From Mytilus edulis (lineage: Eukaryota), in NCBI RefSeq assembly GCF_963676685.1, contig NC_092351.1, forward strand, positions 83,948,001-84,012,000: 64,000 nt of DNA, in the 5' to 3' direction. Made by a program: the position numbers and the translations under genes. Of this stretch, positions 34,555-48,116 are shown piece after piece (the first letter of the stretch is position 1; the number at the start of each line of letters is the position of its first letter). The notes beneath the pieces were generated by a model, which saw only the letters and a list, made by a program, of their open reading frames with translations, was not told where the DNA came from and did not search any database.

Positions 34555-36537
34555 TCATTCTGTTTCAATTCTGTAAACCATAATGTCCTGTCCTCCACAA
34601 ACGCAAATTGCTTCTCCTCGATCGTCTATCCAAATATCCGTCGGCATTTTAGTCCTCTTATCGAATTGAAGCAATATTTTATCTTTTTTTCCATTGGATG
34701 AAACCGCATTTAACGAACCATTCCCAACTTGGTCTACTACTACAACAACACCAGATGGTGTAACGGTCAGGCAACCTGGACTTTCCAATGACAACGATTG
34801 AACACTAAACAGTTCATTGCCTTGAATTGTCAAACATTTGACTTGTTTGTAGCATGATGTATACAACCAGGTACCATCACGTAGTGCTACTCCATTTATC
34901 CTGGACGTTGTATTTATATTTGATTCAAGACACAAAGTGAAATGTTGTTCTACTTTGGAGTGCAATGATGGTTTAAACTTTTGTATTTTTTCACTCGATA
35001 CAACATATAAATCGTCGTCCCATATACCTACTTTAATCACCTGCACAACATTTTTGTTAAATGACAGAGTTAGAGGTTGTTCTATTACATTATCATTAAC
35101 ATCCGCCATCAAAAGCGTACTAGAAAAACCGAAACCAGCAACTACAAAAAGATGTTTTGATTTTTTATCAAAACATAAACATTTCAAGCTGTTAAGCTTA
35201 AGATCCTTGGTAATGACAGTGGTGTTTACCACATGACCGGTTTTTATGTTTAATGTGTACAGTATTCGTTCATTCTTGCTGTCAGCTCCAACTATGGCGT
35301 AATTGTCGCCAATGGAAACCCCGCATGTAATATCAGCATCTTGAATGAATATGTTTCGAAGATGTTTTACTGCAATGCCTTCAAAGTCAACAGCTTTTAT
35401 GCCAATCTTGCGTGACAGGTTAAACAAGTTCTTTGTTCGATCTTCCGAAGTTGTCGTTTTAACAATCGCTGTTCCAATGTCTTTAATATCAGAAACCTGT
35501 GTTAGAACATAATGCTTATTGAAAAAAATATGTGTGTCAATATCAGGAATAAATCTCTTCCCAAGTTGTGTAATATTTTCGTTGATCTGGCCAATCATAG
35601 TTTTCGAATGAATGAAAAATTGAGTTTCTGTACCATATTTTCTAATGACTTCAGTTGCGCTAATCCAGTGAGCTAATGTTCTCTTGAAATCGTTGAGAAA
35701 TTGTACATCCGCTTGAATATTTAAATCCTGCTCGTCTTGTATAATTTGCAATTGTTTGATAAAGTTTCCCAACAGATCATCAATCTTACACTTAATTGTC
35801 TGCACGAACTTAACAGCATCCTTTTCTATTATTTCAGTCGTATCTTTTAGTAATTTAAGTTTCGTTTCTTTAACGACAAGAAGGATATCCGTTTCCTGTT
35901 TCATTTTTTGTAACACTTCTTCCAAGGTTTCATTACCTCTTTTCGTTATAGTAATTTCAGAAAGCGTTTTGACATTTTCGCATTTACGATGACTTGAGGT
36001 TAAACAGAATACACAACACAGTTCTTCGTGATCAGTACAGAATGCTTCAACAATGTTTGAAGGGTGGAGGCTACATTTTTCTGATATAACTTCCAGATCG
36101 AAACCAGAATCAAAGAATTTTGCATCTTCAATCGGGATGACATTATGCGAGGAAGTCAATTTCACCCAACTGTGCATACCATTACATTTTTCACAAAAAG
36201 CTTCATTGCAATCCTTGCACCAGAAGTTGGCAACGGATGTTTCGCTGTGATGCTTACAAGTATGACACTCTTGCCTTTCAGCAGTTCCCACAACGTGGTT
36301 GTCTTGCAGTATCGAAGCCCATTTTTCAATATCGACTGTTGGGTCTCTTGGTTTGACAACGGTGTGACATATTGGGCATGTAAATTGTGTTGGTTTCGGT
36401 TCTTTGTTTTGGACTGTAGCTAAGATGATTTCATGTATGCATTGTTGACAAAATGAATGAAGACAAGGCAAAATTTTGGGCGATTTCAATACCTCTAGGC
36501 AAACAGGACACTTGAACTTGAGCTTTGATTCGGCCAT
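34555..36537 (-). CDS. TRIM-family E3 ubiquitin ligase (RING-Bbox1-Bbox2-coiled coil-degenerate beta-propeller; TRIM56/33/45-like)
   Basis: Intact 660-aa ORF from the ATG at 36537 (MAESKLKFKCPVC..LPCLHSFCQQC..CPIC). B-box1 CHTC..CKDC..CEKC..H; B-box2 CSLH..FCTDH..CCVFC..H. Splice acceptor tttgtatcag 21 nt upstream of the ATG. Confidence 0.92.
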   Translation of the reverse strand: MAESKLKFKCPVCLEVLKSPKILPCLHSFCQQCIHEIILATVQNKEPKPTQFTCPICHTVVKPRDPTVDIEKWASILQDNHVVGTAERQECHTCKHHSETSVANFWCKDCNEAFCEKCNGMHSWVKLTSSHNVIPIEDAKFFDSGFDLEVISEKCSLHPSNIVEAFCTDHEELCCVFCLTSSHRKCENVKTLSEITITKRGNETLEEVLQKMKQETDILLVVKETKLKLLKDTTEIIEKDAVKFVQTIKCKIDDLLGNFIKQLQIIQDEQDLNIQADVQFLNDFKRTLAHWISATEVIRKYGTETQFFIHSKTMIGQINENITQLGKRFIPDIDTHIFFNKHYVLTQVSDIKDIGTAIVKTTTSEDRTKNLFNLSRKIGIKAVDFEGIAVKHLRNIFIQDADITCGVSIGDNYAIVGADSKNERILYTLNIKTGHVVNTTVITKDLKLNSLKCLCFDKKSKHLFVVAGFGFSSTLLMADVNDNVIEQPLTLSFNKNVVQVIKVGIWDDDLYVVSSEKIQKFKPSLHSKVEQHFTLCLESNINTTSRINGVALRDGTWLYTSCYKQVKCLTIQGNELFSVQSLSLESPGCLTVTPSGVVVVVDQVGNGSLNAVSSNGKKDKILLQFDKRTKMPTDIWIDDRGEAICVCGGQDIMVYRIETE

Positions 36538-36730
36538 CTTGGATTGATGTTTTACTTCCTGATACAAAATCAACTTAAATTCAAAAGTCTATTTAAAGAT
36601 TTGAACTGCATTCAATATATACAATTCAATCTGGTCCAAATTTTGGACTCAATTATCTGTTGATTTTTTGGTCATCATTCGGATGCCAATGTTTACACAC
36701 CCTGCTACAAATATCAAAATAACAATTGAT

Positions 36731-38464
36731 CAATACAAATACAAATATTTTTATTGGCACAAACTCATTAACAATAAATTGTTAAGACCTATGGCATTAC
36801 ATATAACTATAATAATTGACATGGTAGAATGAAAGGTTCCATGATAACATATCATGCTATTTTGAAAAGTTACAAAATGATGTATAAATAAAGGCAACAG
36901 TAGTATACCGCTGTTCAAAACTCATAAATCCATGGACAAAAATCATATAAGTTCACTATTTCTTATATTTAGACACTCTGATATGAAAGAGGAAGACAGT
37001 TTAAGTAATAATGCTGAGCTATTATTAACCAATAGAGATATTTTTTCATCAACGGTAATGTTACGCTGTGTTTGAAATCTAAAATTTATTTTATTTTCTA
37101 ATATTTCTCGCTTTGAGGTAAATCTATTACATTTTAATAAGAAATGTTGTTCATCCTCAATGTCCCCATTTTTACAGACAGGATAGTATCTTTCCTGTCT
37201 AGGAATATTAAGATGTCCTCCCTTTTCAATCATTAAAGGATGTTCACTTATGCGTATTTTGCATATTGCTGCTCTATCATTTACATTGTTTAATGAATCA
37301 ACATATGATGGTCTTTGACCCATTTTGTAGACTTGACGAAAGAAACTGAGCTTAGAAGACTCCTGTATGTTTGCATTTTGATTTTGCAAGCACTGATAAT
37401 AAATTCTCTGCTTACTTGTTCCAAGTGGTGCTTTGTTAGACAACTTTTTTTCAACAAGATATGAATATCCTAATTTTTGTAAAATTCACTGAGTTTTTCG
37501 GATCCAGGGGTTTGAAAATCTTGTTGCAAAGAAAATGTGATTTACAAGTGTATTTTCTGATGAAAGTATATACTCTAAAAAATTTATGCTTGAAAAAACA
37601 ATTTTATTTTTGAGTGGAATTCTACCAAGCTCAGCACGACAAGCATCATTTGAAGCCTTGCAATGAACACCAGGTGCTTCTTGATAAATTTAATGTGTAA
37701 TTTTGTAAAGGGTTCAGAGACCCTAAATGATGAGTTAACACCTCAAATTTCAGAACAGTACATAATTATAGGTGATATTAATGCATCGAACAATTTTTCA
37801 AGTAGTCCACATGGATAATTCAGACCAACAGTTTTTTTTAATTTTGAAATAGGCCTTTTTTGCCTTTTCCATAAAAGTATTAATGGGTAAATTGAAATTA
37901 CCAGTACATTTTATTACTATACCTAAATAAAAATAATGACTAACAGTTTCAATACAAGAATCATTGTAGGTAAATTCGTCCAAAAATGTTTTACCATTTG
38001 AATTAAATACAATAACTTTTGGACTTATCTGTGATAACTTGTAGTTTCCAACAATCACAATAATCATATAAAGCATTAAGACTGTTTTATAGTCCTTTTT
38101 TACATTTAGACAATAAAACAATATCACCTGCATAAAGAAGAATATTTAAAGAAAAGTCCACAATTACAACTGAGTCAGTATACATTGAATAAACAATTCT
38201 AAAAATTCTATTTGGAATATCATGAATCAAAAGTTTATAAAATAGTCCTATTCGCCAAACTGTATCAAAGGCTTTTTTAAGATTAATAAAAGCTGCACAA
38301 ACCTTTTTATTTTGTTGTTTGTAATGATCGATTACTGATTTAAGTGTAAATATGTGATCAGCAGTGCGACTATTTTCTTTAAAACCAATTTGATTTTTGT
38401 TGATTAAGTTTTTACTGTTTATGAAGTTAATAAGTCTGTTATAGATAACTTTATTTTTGATCAA
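36731..38464 (-). mobile_element. decayed non-LTR retrotransposon (LINE, RTE-X/L2-like), 3' portion
   Basis: Frameshifted RT pieces QIGF..RTADHIFTL..FINLKKAFDTVWR, LLYAGDIVLLS (from YADD) and YFYLG. C-terminal RISEHPLMIEKG..PRQER..C..IEDEQHFLLKC. 3' tail AATAAA+(tatttg)n at 36731-36755. Confidence 0.88.
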
Positions 38465-39828
38465 TACCTATTTAATATTTTACGAAATATAACCCAAAAG
38501 CTTTATAACAAAGGGTCTAGATGTTTTTTTTTACACATTTCTTTTTTTAAAACAATTTCTTTTATTCTTTATTTATATGGCTACTACATGTACTATTATT
38601 CTATATCTTTATTTTCTTGGTTCTTTATTCGTTCTGCCCTTTTTTCTTTTATTTACCGAAACCTTCATTTAACTCTTAGGGATGGGGTTTACTTTTTTTT
38701 ATTTATTATTTTTCCAAATTCTAAGAAAACACAGACAGGGATCATTAGACTATACACATTAATTGTGAATTGAGCATTGGGGAATTAAAATGAGAATTTT
38801 TTAATTGTTATAAAACGTCTAGTATACTATATCATGTATATCGACCAAAGTCCGCTCTATCTGGGACCGCAACTGTGCATGTGCAAATATTCATACTTCC
38901 TCATGTAACTATAAGACTTTTAACTATTTGTTTTGTGTGTGCAAAAATGTTATAACATTGGCTTTAATGTACATAAACTCTGTTATCATGGTTATAGAAT
39001 TTTGTATTCTCGTGTATTGAATAATTCTTTTGACGTTCTGGGTTCTATGAATTCTGGTCACGGGAGGTTGGTGAAAACACATCACTCAGAATGTTCACAC
39101 GAACCTTGCTTTTTTTTTTGGTAAATGTAATAGACAACTTTCGAATTCGATGCATTTCTGTCAAAAACATTGGTTTTAGTGAACATCATTCATGCGTTAA
39201 GGGGCGTCGTCACTTCCGTTCCAATGTTGAGCGAGTGGTCGGAAAACTACAAAGCTATATAGCACGAATTATTTGGCAAATTGATTTTTCATAATTGTCT
39301 TTCAGCACTGCTGTCTTTAGGAAATTGTTATTAAGTACCTACAGAAAATATTATTTTTAGTTTACCCTGCACAATAACGATTACATAGACGCTTGATGAA
39401 TGTTTATAGTGGAGGGGTACAGGCGATCCCCTCTATTTGGTAAATGACGTCATAAAGGCGAGTTTTTTTTCTGGTGACGGACAAACTCGAAAGTGGTCTA
39501 TTAAATTTCATACATTATCATTGTGTGTACTTGAGAAAGAGCAGTGGGTGTAAAAACGCAACAAAATGTTTCAGAAGCTGTATTTGTATTTCCTGAGAAA
39601 AATGCAAAGAAAATCTCGTCTTGGAAAGCGGTGTACTGAGTACTCAAGATAAGTAAAGAATTTACAATGGAAAATTAGAAATATTTGAGAACATACATTA
39701 AATAGGTTGTTATTTATTTTCTCTTCCTTTTTCAATGTTTTCCTCTTGTATACTTGCTCGTATGTTTATCCGTGTCCATCCTTCTTTTGATAATTATACT
39801 ATCATAGAACTCCAAGAATTCAATTTTT

Positions 39829-41048
39829 GATGTTCTGCTATTTCTGTGTCCCATTCACTACCGCATTGCCTGATAATGTTCTGGTATTTCTATGTTCCAT
39901 TCACTACCGCATCGCCTGACAATGTTCTGGTATTTCTGTCCCATTCACCTCCGCATTGGCTGATAATGGTCTGGTATGTCTATGTCCCATTCACTACCGC
40001 ATTGCCTGATAATGTTCTGGTATCTCTATGTCCAATTCACTACCGCATTGCCTGATAATATTCTGGTATTTCTATGTCCCATTCACTACCGCATTGCCTG
40101 ATAATGTTTTGGTATTTCTGTCCCATTCACTACCGCATTGCCTGATAATGTTCTGGTATTTCTATTTCCCATTCACTACCGTATTGCCCTATAATGTTCT
40201 GGTATTTCTGTCCCATTCACTACCTCATTGCCTATTAATGTTCGGGTATGTCTATGTCCCATTCACTACCGCATTGTCTTTGTCCCATTCACTACCGTAT
40301 TGCCTGATAATGTTCTGGTATTTCTGTCCCATTCACTACCGCATTGTCTGATAATGTTCTGGTATTTCTATGTCGCATTCACTACCGCATTGCCTGATAA
40401 TGTTCTGGTATTTCTGTCCCATTCACTACCGTATTGCCTGATAATGTTCTGGTATTTCTGTCCCATTCAATACCGCATTGCCTGATAATGTTCTGGTATT
40501 TCTATGTCCCATTCACTACCGCATTGCCTGATAATGTTCTGGTATTTCTGTCCCGTTCACTACTGCATTGCCTAATAATGTTCTGGTTTTTCTATGTCCC
40601 ATTCACTACCGCATTGCCTGATAATGTTCTGGTATTTCTATGTCGCATTCACTACCGTATTGCCTGATAATGTTCTGGTATTTCTGTCCCGTTCACTACT
40701 GCATTGCCTAATAATGTTCTGGTTTTTCTATGTCCCATTCACTACCGCATTGTTTATGTTCCATTCACTACCGCATTGCCTGATAATGTTCTGGTATTTC
40801 TATGTCGCATTCACTACCGTATTACCTGATAATGTTCTGGTATTTCTGTCCCGTTCACTACTGCATTGCCTAATAATGTTCTGGTTTTTCTATGTCCCAT
40901 TCACTACCGCATTGTTTATGTGTCATTCACTACCGTATTGCCTGATAATGTTCTGGTATTTCTGTCCCATTCACTACCGCATTGCCTGATAATGTTCTGG
41001 TATTTCTATGTCCCATTCACTACCCTACCGCATTGCCTGATTATGTTC
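39829..41048. repeat. 44/46-bp minisatellite array (~27 units)
   Basis: Unit (ta)tgtcccattcactaccgcattgcctgataatgttctggtatttc in 44- and 46-bp variants, plus a few truncated units. Confidence 0.97.
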
Positions 41049-43012
41049 ATTGCATTGCTGAGGTAACAAGCACTCAACATTCGTTGACAGCGAATACCTG
41101 TATCATTTTAGTTAAAAAAAATTTCACAACATGTATGACGTTTTTGAGTTTATTATATGTTTTAATTGTTTGCTTAGAGAGCTACGCATATATGCAAATA
41201 TGGAGGAATGTAATATGATTTTCCATCAGGTTAATTCTTAAGTAGTGCTCCTCAGAAATGGTAGTTTATATGTGCATACATCATAGTAGTGTTATATAGA
41301 TTTGATTTGAAATAAAAATATATTATGTGTTAAAGTACCGGGTATATTATCTGGTTTCCATACACGTTTTTTTGCATAAAAACTAGCTAAAGGCGCCTAA
41401 ATAAATGCAGTCCAATCCAAATCAAATATAAAGTTCCAGGGTTTACAAACCAAAACTTTCTAATTATTCTGGTAGAGTGACAAACAATTGCTCTTCAGGT
41501 AAATTATAGGAATCTCATTGAACAGGAGGTCTCATAAATGAGTTTAAACACTGTCAATTTAAAGAACTAACAAGTCTTTTGACACCCACAGTTGTCAGCT
41601 ATTTCGGTACCTTTTAAGACACTAGAGGTGTAAGTGATTTTACAATTAGGAAACAAGAATGACAGCGTATAAAAATTATATTTGGTGTTTTTCTTTTAAT
41701 TTTAAAATGTTGTCTCTTATATACACTTACGAGTATGAATATTCATTATATGTCATACCAATTTTTATCAATATACCAGTATATACAAACCATGCACAAG
41801 TGGACTATGAAATGACACTAAAAATCAAAAAGAAAAGGACACACAATATAGTTGGTATAGATTTAATAAGCAATAACAAACATACATCTAAACCAGCATT
41901 AACAATGATATATATACAATTTCTCATTTGGCAAGGGAGTTTTATGTACAGTAGCAATACTCTGGCTCTACAATAGGTACACAATTATACATGGATTTAT
42001 TGATATGTTTTCAGTTTGGCTAGAAGTATGCAACAGGGGTCTGTGATTGCAATTTTCATGATTGATACTTTTATTGATTTATAAAAATTATTACTAGCAT
42101 TTTTTTAACAGATACTACTACTGACTGATGGATGCTTGATGTCCACAAATTTAAGTGTATCTCAATTTAAAAATGAAAATTCAAATTTATGCAGTTTGCA
42201 ATGTTGCGAAAAAGTTTGTAATGAAACAAAACATATTTGTATGAAAACATAAACATGTTTCACTTTCTCCTTAGGTTATCTGTGTAATATTTAACACCCT
42301 TCTTCAAACCCATATCAAACTCATTGAATTCCAACATAAAAATAAATCCATGTACATGTACAGAAAAAAACATAAAACCAGAGTGAAAATCTAGATATGA
42401 AGGTGAGGTATCCACACACATATACACTGGGCTGTGGAGAACATTGTTCACTACATAATACAATGTAGATAGCCATAACTAAAAATATAAATGCCACTGG
42501 CAATTTCAAAGGTCTTTTATTTTAATTTTGAGAGTAATCAAGGACTAATTCATAGAAAATAACTATCTAATAATTTTGTAAGTCTGCTGGCATTTAATCT
42601 AAATGATTCATAAGTGGCACTGAAATCAGTACAGTTAGAATAAAGATTTAAACTTTCTCATGAATACCTGCAAAATGTTAAATTCAGCTTTTTTCTGATA
42701 CAAATATTTTTTCTATCACTATTTTTTTTGGGACACAAGGGCATAACAGGTACGGCCAAAATTTGTTCTTATCATAATCAAGATAGATTTTCAGGATTTC
42801 AAAATTATGATTAAATTTTTGGTCATGACTATCTACCATTTGTTAATATATTAAAATAACATTAATACAATATTCTTTTCAATACCGGTATTTTTTATAA
42901 CAACAATCTACAAAATGTCATATTCATCACTACTTATAAAAGACTTTAACAACTGGTACTTTTTTAAAAGTCAAAATCATAATAAGTCATTCTACTATAA
43001 GTACGCATGTAT

Positions 43013-43212
43013 TATTGTAAATTCAGAAATTATTGCAAGGTTTTATTAACATGAATAATGTGACTGGGTGAGCATTGCAATAATGATATCTGGCATACAT
43101 GTATTGGTATGCAGATTTTCAATAATCGCAGTAATTGATCTCACATTTTTGTCTGTTCTTCAAAATTCGCAATAATAATAAATGCATACAATAATTTAAG
43201 AATTTACAGTAA
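43013..43212. mobile_element. TA-flanked MITE
   Basis: Imperfect TIR tattgtaaattcagaaattattg / caataatttaagaatttacagta. Confidence 0.55.
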
Positions 43213-43399
43213 CTCAACTCATCATTAATAATAAAGCTACTTAAACTGATGCTGTTAAAGAAAAAAATAAATTAATAAAACATGATCTAGAACATCAAAA
43301 TACCCTTTTTCTTATCAATCTGTGTATGTTGCAGTACACATATAAAAATCACTGATCTGAAATGAGTTTTAAACCTTTGGCAAGTTCTTTAAAATTACA

Positions 43400-44109
43400 T
43401 ACTGTAGATTCAGTTATTTTCTTGGGTAGCAATTTCTCATAGAATATTAAAAATTTAGCATTTTAAGGTGGTACCTAACACTACAGGGAGATAACTCTGT
43501 AAAATCAGCAGAATGTTTTAATGACGGTGTGTTCATATGGGAATATTAAGCTTCTCAATGATCAAAATAAGTGTTTGTCAAACTGCTATATAAACAGTGT
43601 AATTTTTTTAATTAAACGGTTGGTTCAAATTTTTTGAAATATTTATTATTTATTTTATATTTTTGTCAAAGGGTCAAAGTAAATACTTTGTCAAAATTTT
43701 AAGAAAATTAAACGAGCCAAATAAATTTTAGTTAAAGTGTTAGGTACCACCTAAATGGATACTTGATTTTTGAGGTTTTTCCTAAGTCCTTTTACAACCC
43801 TATATAAAACTTGTATTTCCTTGACCATCTTTTAAAAGGGGGTAGACCTTGGTTCAGGGAGATAACTCATTAAATCAGTAATACGTTTGTAAAAGTCAAG
43901 GTATTTTAAGCATTTACCTGAAACAGAGTGGAAATAATCTATGTTACCTAGAAGCTTAGAATATATTTATGAAAGTGGTTGACACAAACATATTGATGAT
44001 TTTATGAGTTATCTCCCTTAACCTAGGTCTACCTCCTTAATTCATGGTCTACCTTTCCATATAAATCAATGAAATATGGTACCCAATGAATAATTATGAT
44101 TCCACAGTA
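43400..44109. mobile_element. nested MITE cluster (host of the 24590 family with two Kolobok-like inserts)
   Basis: Host ends tactgtagattca / tgattccacagta. Inserts at 43467-43751 (23640 family) and about 43838-44036 (22699 family). Confidence 0.75.
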
Positions 44110-45931
44110 CCTGTTTATGCTAAGACCAGCTGGGTGAAATTCTACAGTAATACTATTGAAATACTTTCAATATCCCTCAGAAAATAACGTTTAGTCAAAA
44201 ACAATTACATATTATTATCATTATGTGTTTTTCTGCCTTACTGACATACAATATCTCTATATCAAATGTGAAATCATAAATATAGCACATTTTTTTACTT
44301 CAGAAAATCAAGAACATTTACAATAATGAGTTACTGATGAAATTATGGGTCTTGCATTTATTCTTGAAAGCAAATTGCAAGCATGCTCGTAGCATCCATT
44401 TAAATAAACTTGTATCGTCATCCCGTACTTAATGTTAGGAGCTTTTATACTAAATAGGCCTGAAGGTTGTTTTCAAGAATAAACAAACAACCCATAAATA
44501 ATTTGATGAGCTAACATGTTGCAATCACACTGAAAAAAAGGCAACAAAACTTTCTTTTATAAATAAAATGATTTCTTTTTTCATAAATGACATGATTGGG
44601 CAAACACTCTTGCGAGCCGAGAAATAAGCTTATATTTACAAGCACATTCGTAATGATGTAATAGCACTATATTCTATGTGGTAAAATGTTTCCTTTCAAA
44701 GGGTCAAAGGTCAGCGGTAGATATGAAATGCAGAACTATTAATAAAATGCATTGAACAGAATCTACTTTGAACTCCTAACTGTTTTGATCTACTTCAATT
44801 AAGATCAAACAGTAAACAAGGAAGGTGTATCATCATTTTCACTTTCACTTTGTTTTTTTTAAAGTTGTTTTACATTCTAAGTAAAAATTATACACATGAA
44901 CGATGTCCAAACCATACTTTAAGTTTATGTGATTATTTCGGACATATCTTTACTGTGGTATCTATTCTCTATCACTTCAAATGTGTAGAAAACTTGTATG
45001 TTCTTCTCAACGTCATAGCAAGATTACACTCTTATATTGTCTTACCAAAATTGATATAACCCTTAAATTGTAGGTATAACTATAACTTTTTAAGTAATAT
45101 GCAGATACAAAGAATAGGAGTCCAAAGGTTTATTGGCAGTGAATTGAGATGATTTTTTTCTAAATGTTTATTTATGTTATAATTAACTTTATCAAAACAA
45201 AATTCGAAAATTTACACATGAATGCAAATTAATTACATGTAGCTGCTGTTACCAAGATGATAAATTTAAAAGATACCTATAAAAAAAAGTTCCTTCACAT
45301 TGAAATGGACAAAGAAACACCTGCAATTCAATATTTAGCTAAAATTAAATTAAAACTATTTTAACGTGGTATATTTTTAAATTTTATTTTTTCCGTTAGT
45401 ACATTTTTCTATAATCACTCCACAATTTCTTTCCCAAAATAAAGAAATGAATATGTCTAATAATGTCAGATATTTATTGTGCAAACCCCTTTGACCTTGA
45501 CCCTTGTGATACACCACACAAATTATTCAAGAACACAATATAATATCAAGCTGCCTCATCAATGACTAAATACACAAGTTAATAAATGATATGATGAGTT
45601 TCAGAGCACAGCGCCCCCTACTTCTCAATGTTTTACAGACCATTTTATCACACTTTAGGGCTTGTAAGTTAAGGTAAAAACTAAGAGAAGGGAAATGACA
45701 TTTCTCTTTAAAAAATTAAATAATGTGTTTGAATAAACGTCAGTTTCAGCAATGCTTGTAAAGCATCTATGTGACACAGAATGAAATTGAACTACATTAT
45801 CAAAAAGCTTAAAATACACTGTTGAAAAGGGTAAAAACAAACGTACATGTGACTCTATAGAGTTATGTGCTTTTTCCTAGATCCTAAAATAACACTGAAT
45901 GTAAAGAGTCAAAATTATAATAACAGTAGAG

Positions 45932-46386
45932 AACAAGAATGTGTCAATAGTATACAGATGCCCATCTCGCACTATCATTTCTATGTTTAGTTTAAAATTG
46001 GGGTAAAAACTCTAATTTGACAGTAAAATTAGAAAGATTATATCATAAGGGACATGTATACTAAGTTTCAAGTTGATTGGACTTCAACTTCATCAAAAAC
46101 TACCTTGCCCAAAAACTTTCACCAAAAAAACTTTAACCTGAAACTTGCACTATCATTTTCTGTGTTCAATTGACCGTGAAATTGGACTCAAAACTATAAT
46201 TTGGCATTATATTTAGAAAAATCATATCATAGGGAACATTTGTACTAAGTTTCAAGTTGATTGGACTTCAACTTCATCAAAAACTACCTTGACCAAAAAC
46301 TTTAACCTGAAGTGGGACAGACGGACGAACGGACGCACAGACCAGAAAACATAATGCCCCTCTTCTATCGTAGGTGGGACATAAAA
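45932..46386 (-). mobile_element. HINE/Helentron-associated element (same family as 20423), two ~180-bp core repeats
   Basis: Reverse complement of the 20423 element; the core gcactatcatttt...aaactttaacctga is duplicated. Confidence 0.8.
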
Positions 46387-47984
46387 CAAGACAGAAAACT
46401 GATGTTTGATCTGTATACTTTTACCCTGCTTCCTCAAGTAAAATCCCCTTTGGAAAAGTTTTAAAAAATAACCCTTCTTTGAAGAAACTGAATAATAAAT
46501 TAAATGTTTAATTGAATGCTTAACATGTTTAAGCTAACTACTTCCAAGCTTATTTAGCTTAATATCATTTTATAAATCAAGATAAAGTCATATATTTTAT
46601 AAACTTTTATAAATCAAGATAAAGTCATATATCTTATAAACTTGTGAAAACAATTCTTCATTTCTTTGGTTTATTTTGAGCTGAATTTATATAAAAGTCC
46701 TATAGCAAAAAGCATGTGTAACAAAATTAAATACTAGCTAAAATAATGAATTTCTTTTATGGAAAAGCTTAACTCTTATGATAAGTATATTAATATATTT
46801 GTTTTGGAAAGCAAATCTTTAATAAAAGAATCATAAACAAAGCATCCTCAATTTGAAAGCTCTAAATGTAAAAATCAAGAGATTTCATAGCAAGGATACT
46901 TGAAGCATGCTAAAGAGCTGCTATTTCTTAAATTTTTAACATTATTTTAGAGTGCCATTATTATTGTTCAAAGCCTGACTTACTATGAAATGGCTTGCAC
47001 AGAGTTACGAGGGGGCAAATGTGAAAATCTGCGAAAGAAATGGGGAAAAAAAGCCACTCTTTGCAAATTGTATAAAGCTTCTACAATCAACTGCTATGTG
47101 AAAATGTTTTTACAGTGTCGTCACGAAAATATTAAATAACGATGTATATTCTGCATTTTTACACAATACTTATGCAACAAATATAAACAATGACATACTC
47201 GGTGACAATGTCAACAATGAAATAAATAATAATCAATAAACAACAGTCTCTCTACATATAACCATATAACACTGGGATACATTGAACATCATGAACACAC
47301 GCAGTCAACCATATCACATAAGTCACACAAATAAATTTCTCACACAAGTCAATCACTCATTAAACTCTCTAACTTTACATCAAATTATCCATACATTATT
47401 TTATTCTACAAATCTCAACAAATTTAGAAAATATACAACAAATACACGAAAAAAATATTTTTTTTTTCAACTCCTGTCATGTATTTGGCCATTACTATGC
47501 AGAGAAATCTGTCTTATACGCAACCTGTGTAAACAACAAACACCTGTCTAAATCAAACAGGGTCCTAAATTGCTTTATTTTAGTAGAGTTTTAACGTATT
47601 GCAATACACATTATCTTTCATGACTAAGGAAATAGTGTACTGGGTCCTAGATTTTTCCAAGAGCAAGCTGCAAGCATGCTTTGACATACTCTTAAAAAGA
47701 AAAGGATCCTCAGAGCAGGCTTGTAACTTGCTTCAATAAAAAAATATGCAGAGTTAAAAGAATTATTGTCAAATGTTGAACATCAAAACAGTAAATAAAA
47801 TTAAGAAAAAAACTTTCATCATCATTTTTGGAAGAGAATTCTAGATTAAATATAGATTCAAAAAGAGCCTCAACATTCATGACATTAATAAATTTGGATC
47901 TATTTTCCCACAATGCCTTTTAAAAGCAGCACCTTTCATTTATTTTCCAAAGTCATGTATAAAAAAACCAATATATATCTATTA

Positions 47985-48116
47985 TAAAATTGAGAATGGA
48001 AATGGGGAATGTGCCAAAGAGACAACAACCCGACCATAGAAAAAAACAACAGCAGAAGGTCACCAACAGGTCTTCAATGTAGCGAGAAATTCCTGCACCC
48101 GGAGGCGTCCTTCAAC
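47985..48116 (-). repeat. Penelope-like 3'-end fragment (family B)
   Basis: Near-identical to 25674-25805 (aaaattgagaatggaaatggggaatgtgccaaagagacaacaacccgacc...). Other copies at about 17870 and 30850. Confidence 0.8.

Noticed and set aside
34937-36423. Several short ORFs inside the TRIM gene
   Set aside because: They are antisense or alternate-frame shadows of the 660-aa CDS.
39846-41218. Overlapping 66-131 aa ORFs across the minisatellite
   Set aside because: They are translations of a 44/46-bp repeat that switch frame with unit length; there is no domain or splice context.
44698-45505. Nuclear-receptor-like DR1/DR0 motifs (gggtcaaaggtca, tgaccttgaccc)
   Set aside because: Short isolated motifs of a kind common in repeat-derived sequence, with no supporting context.
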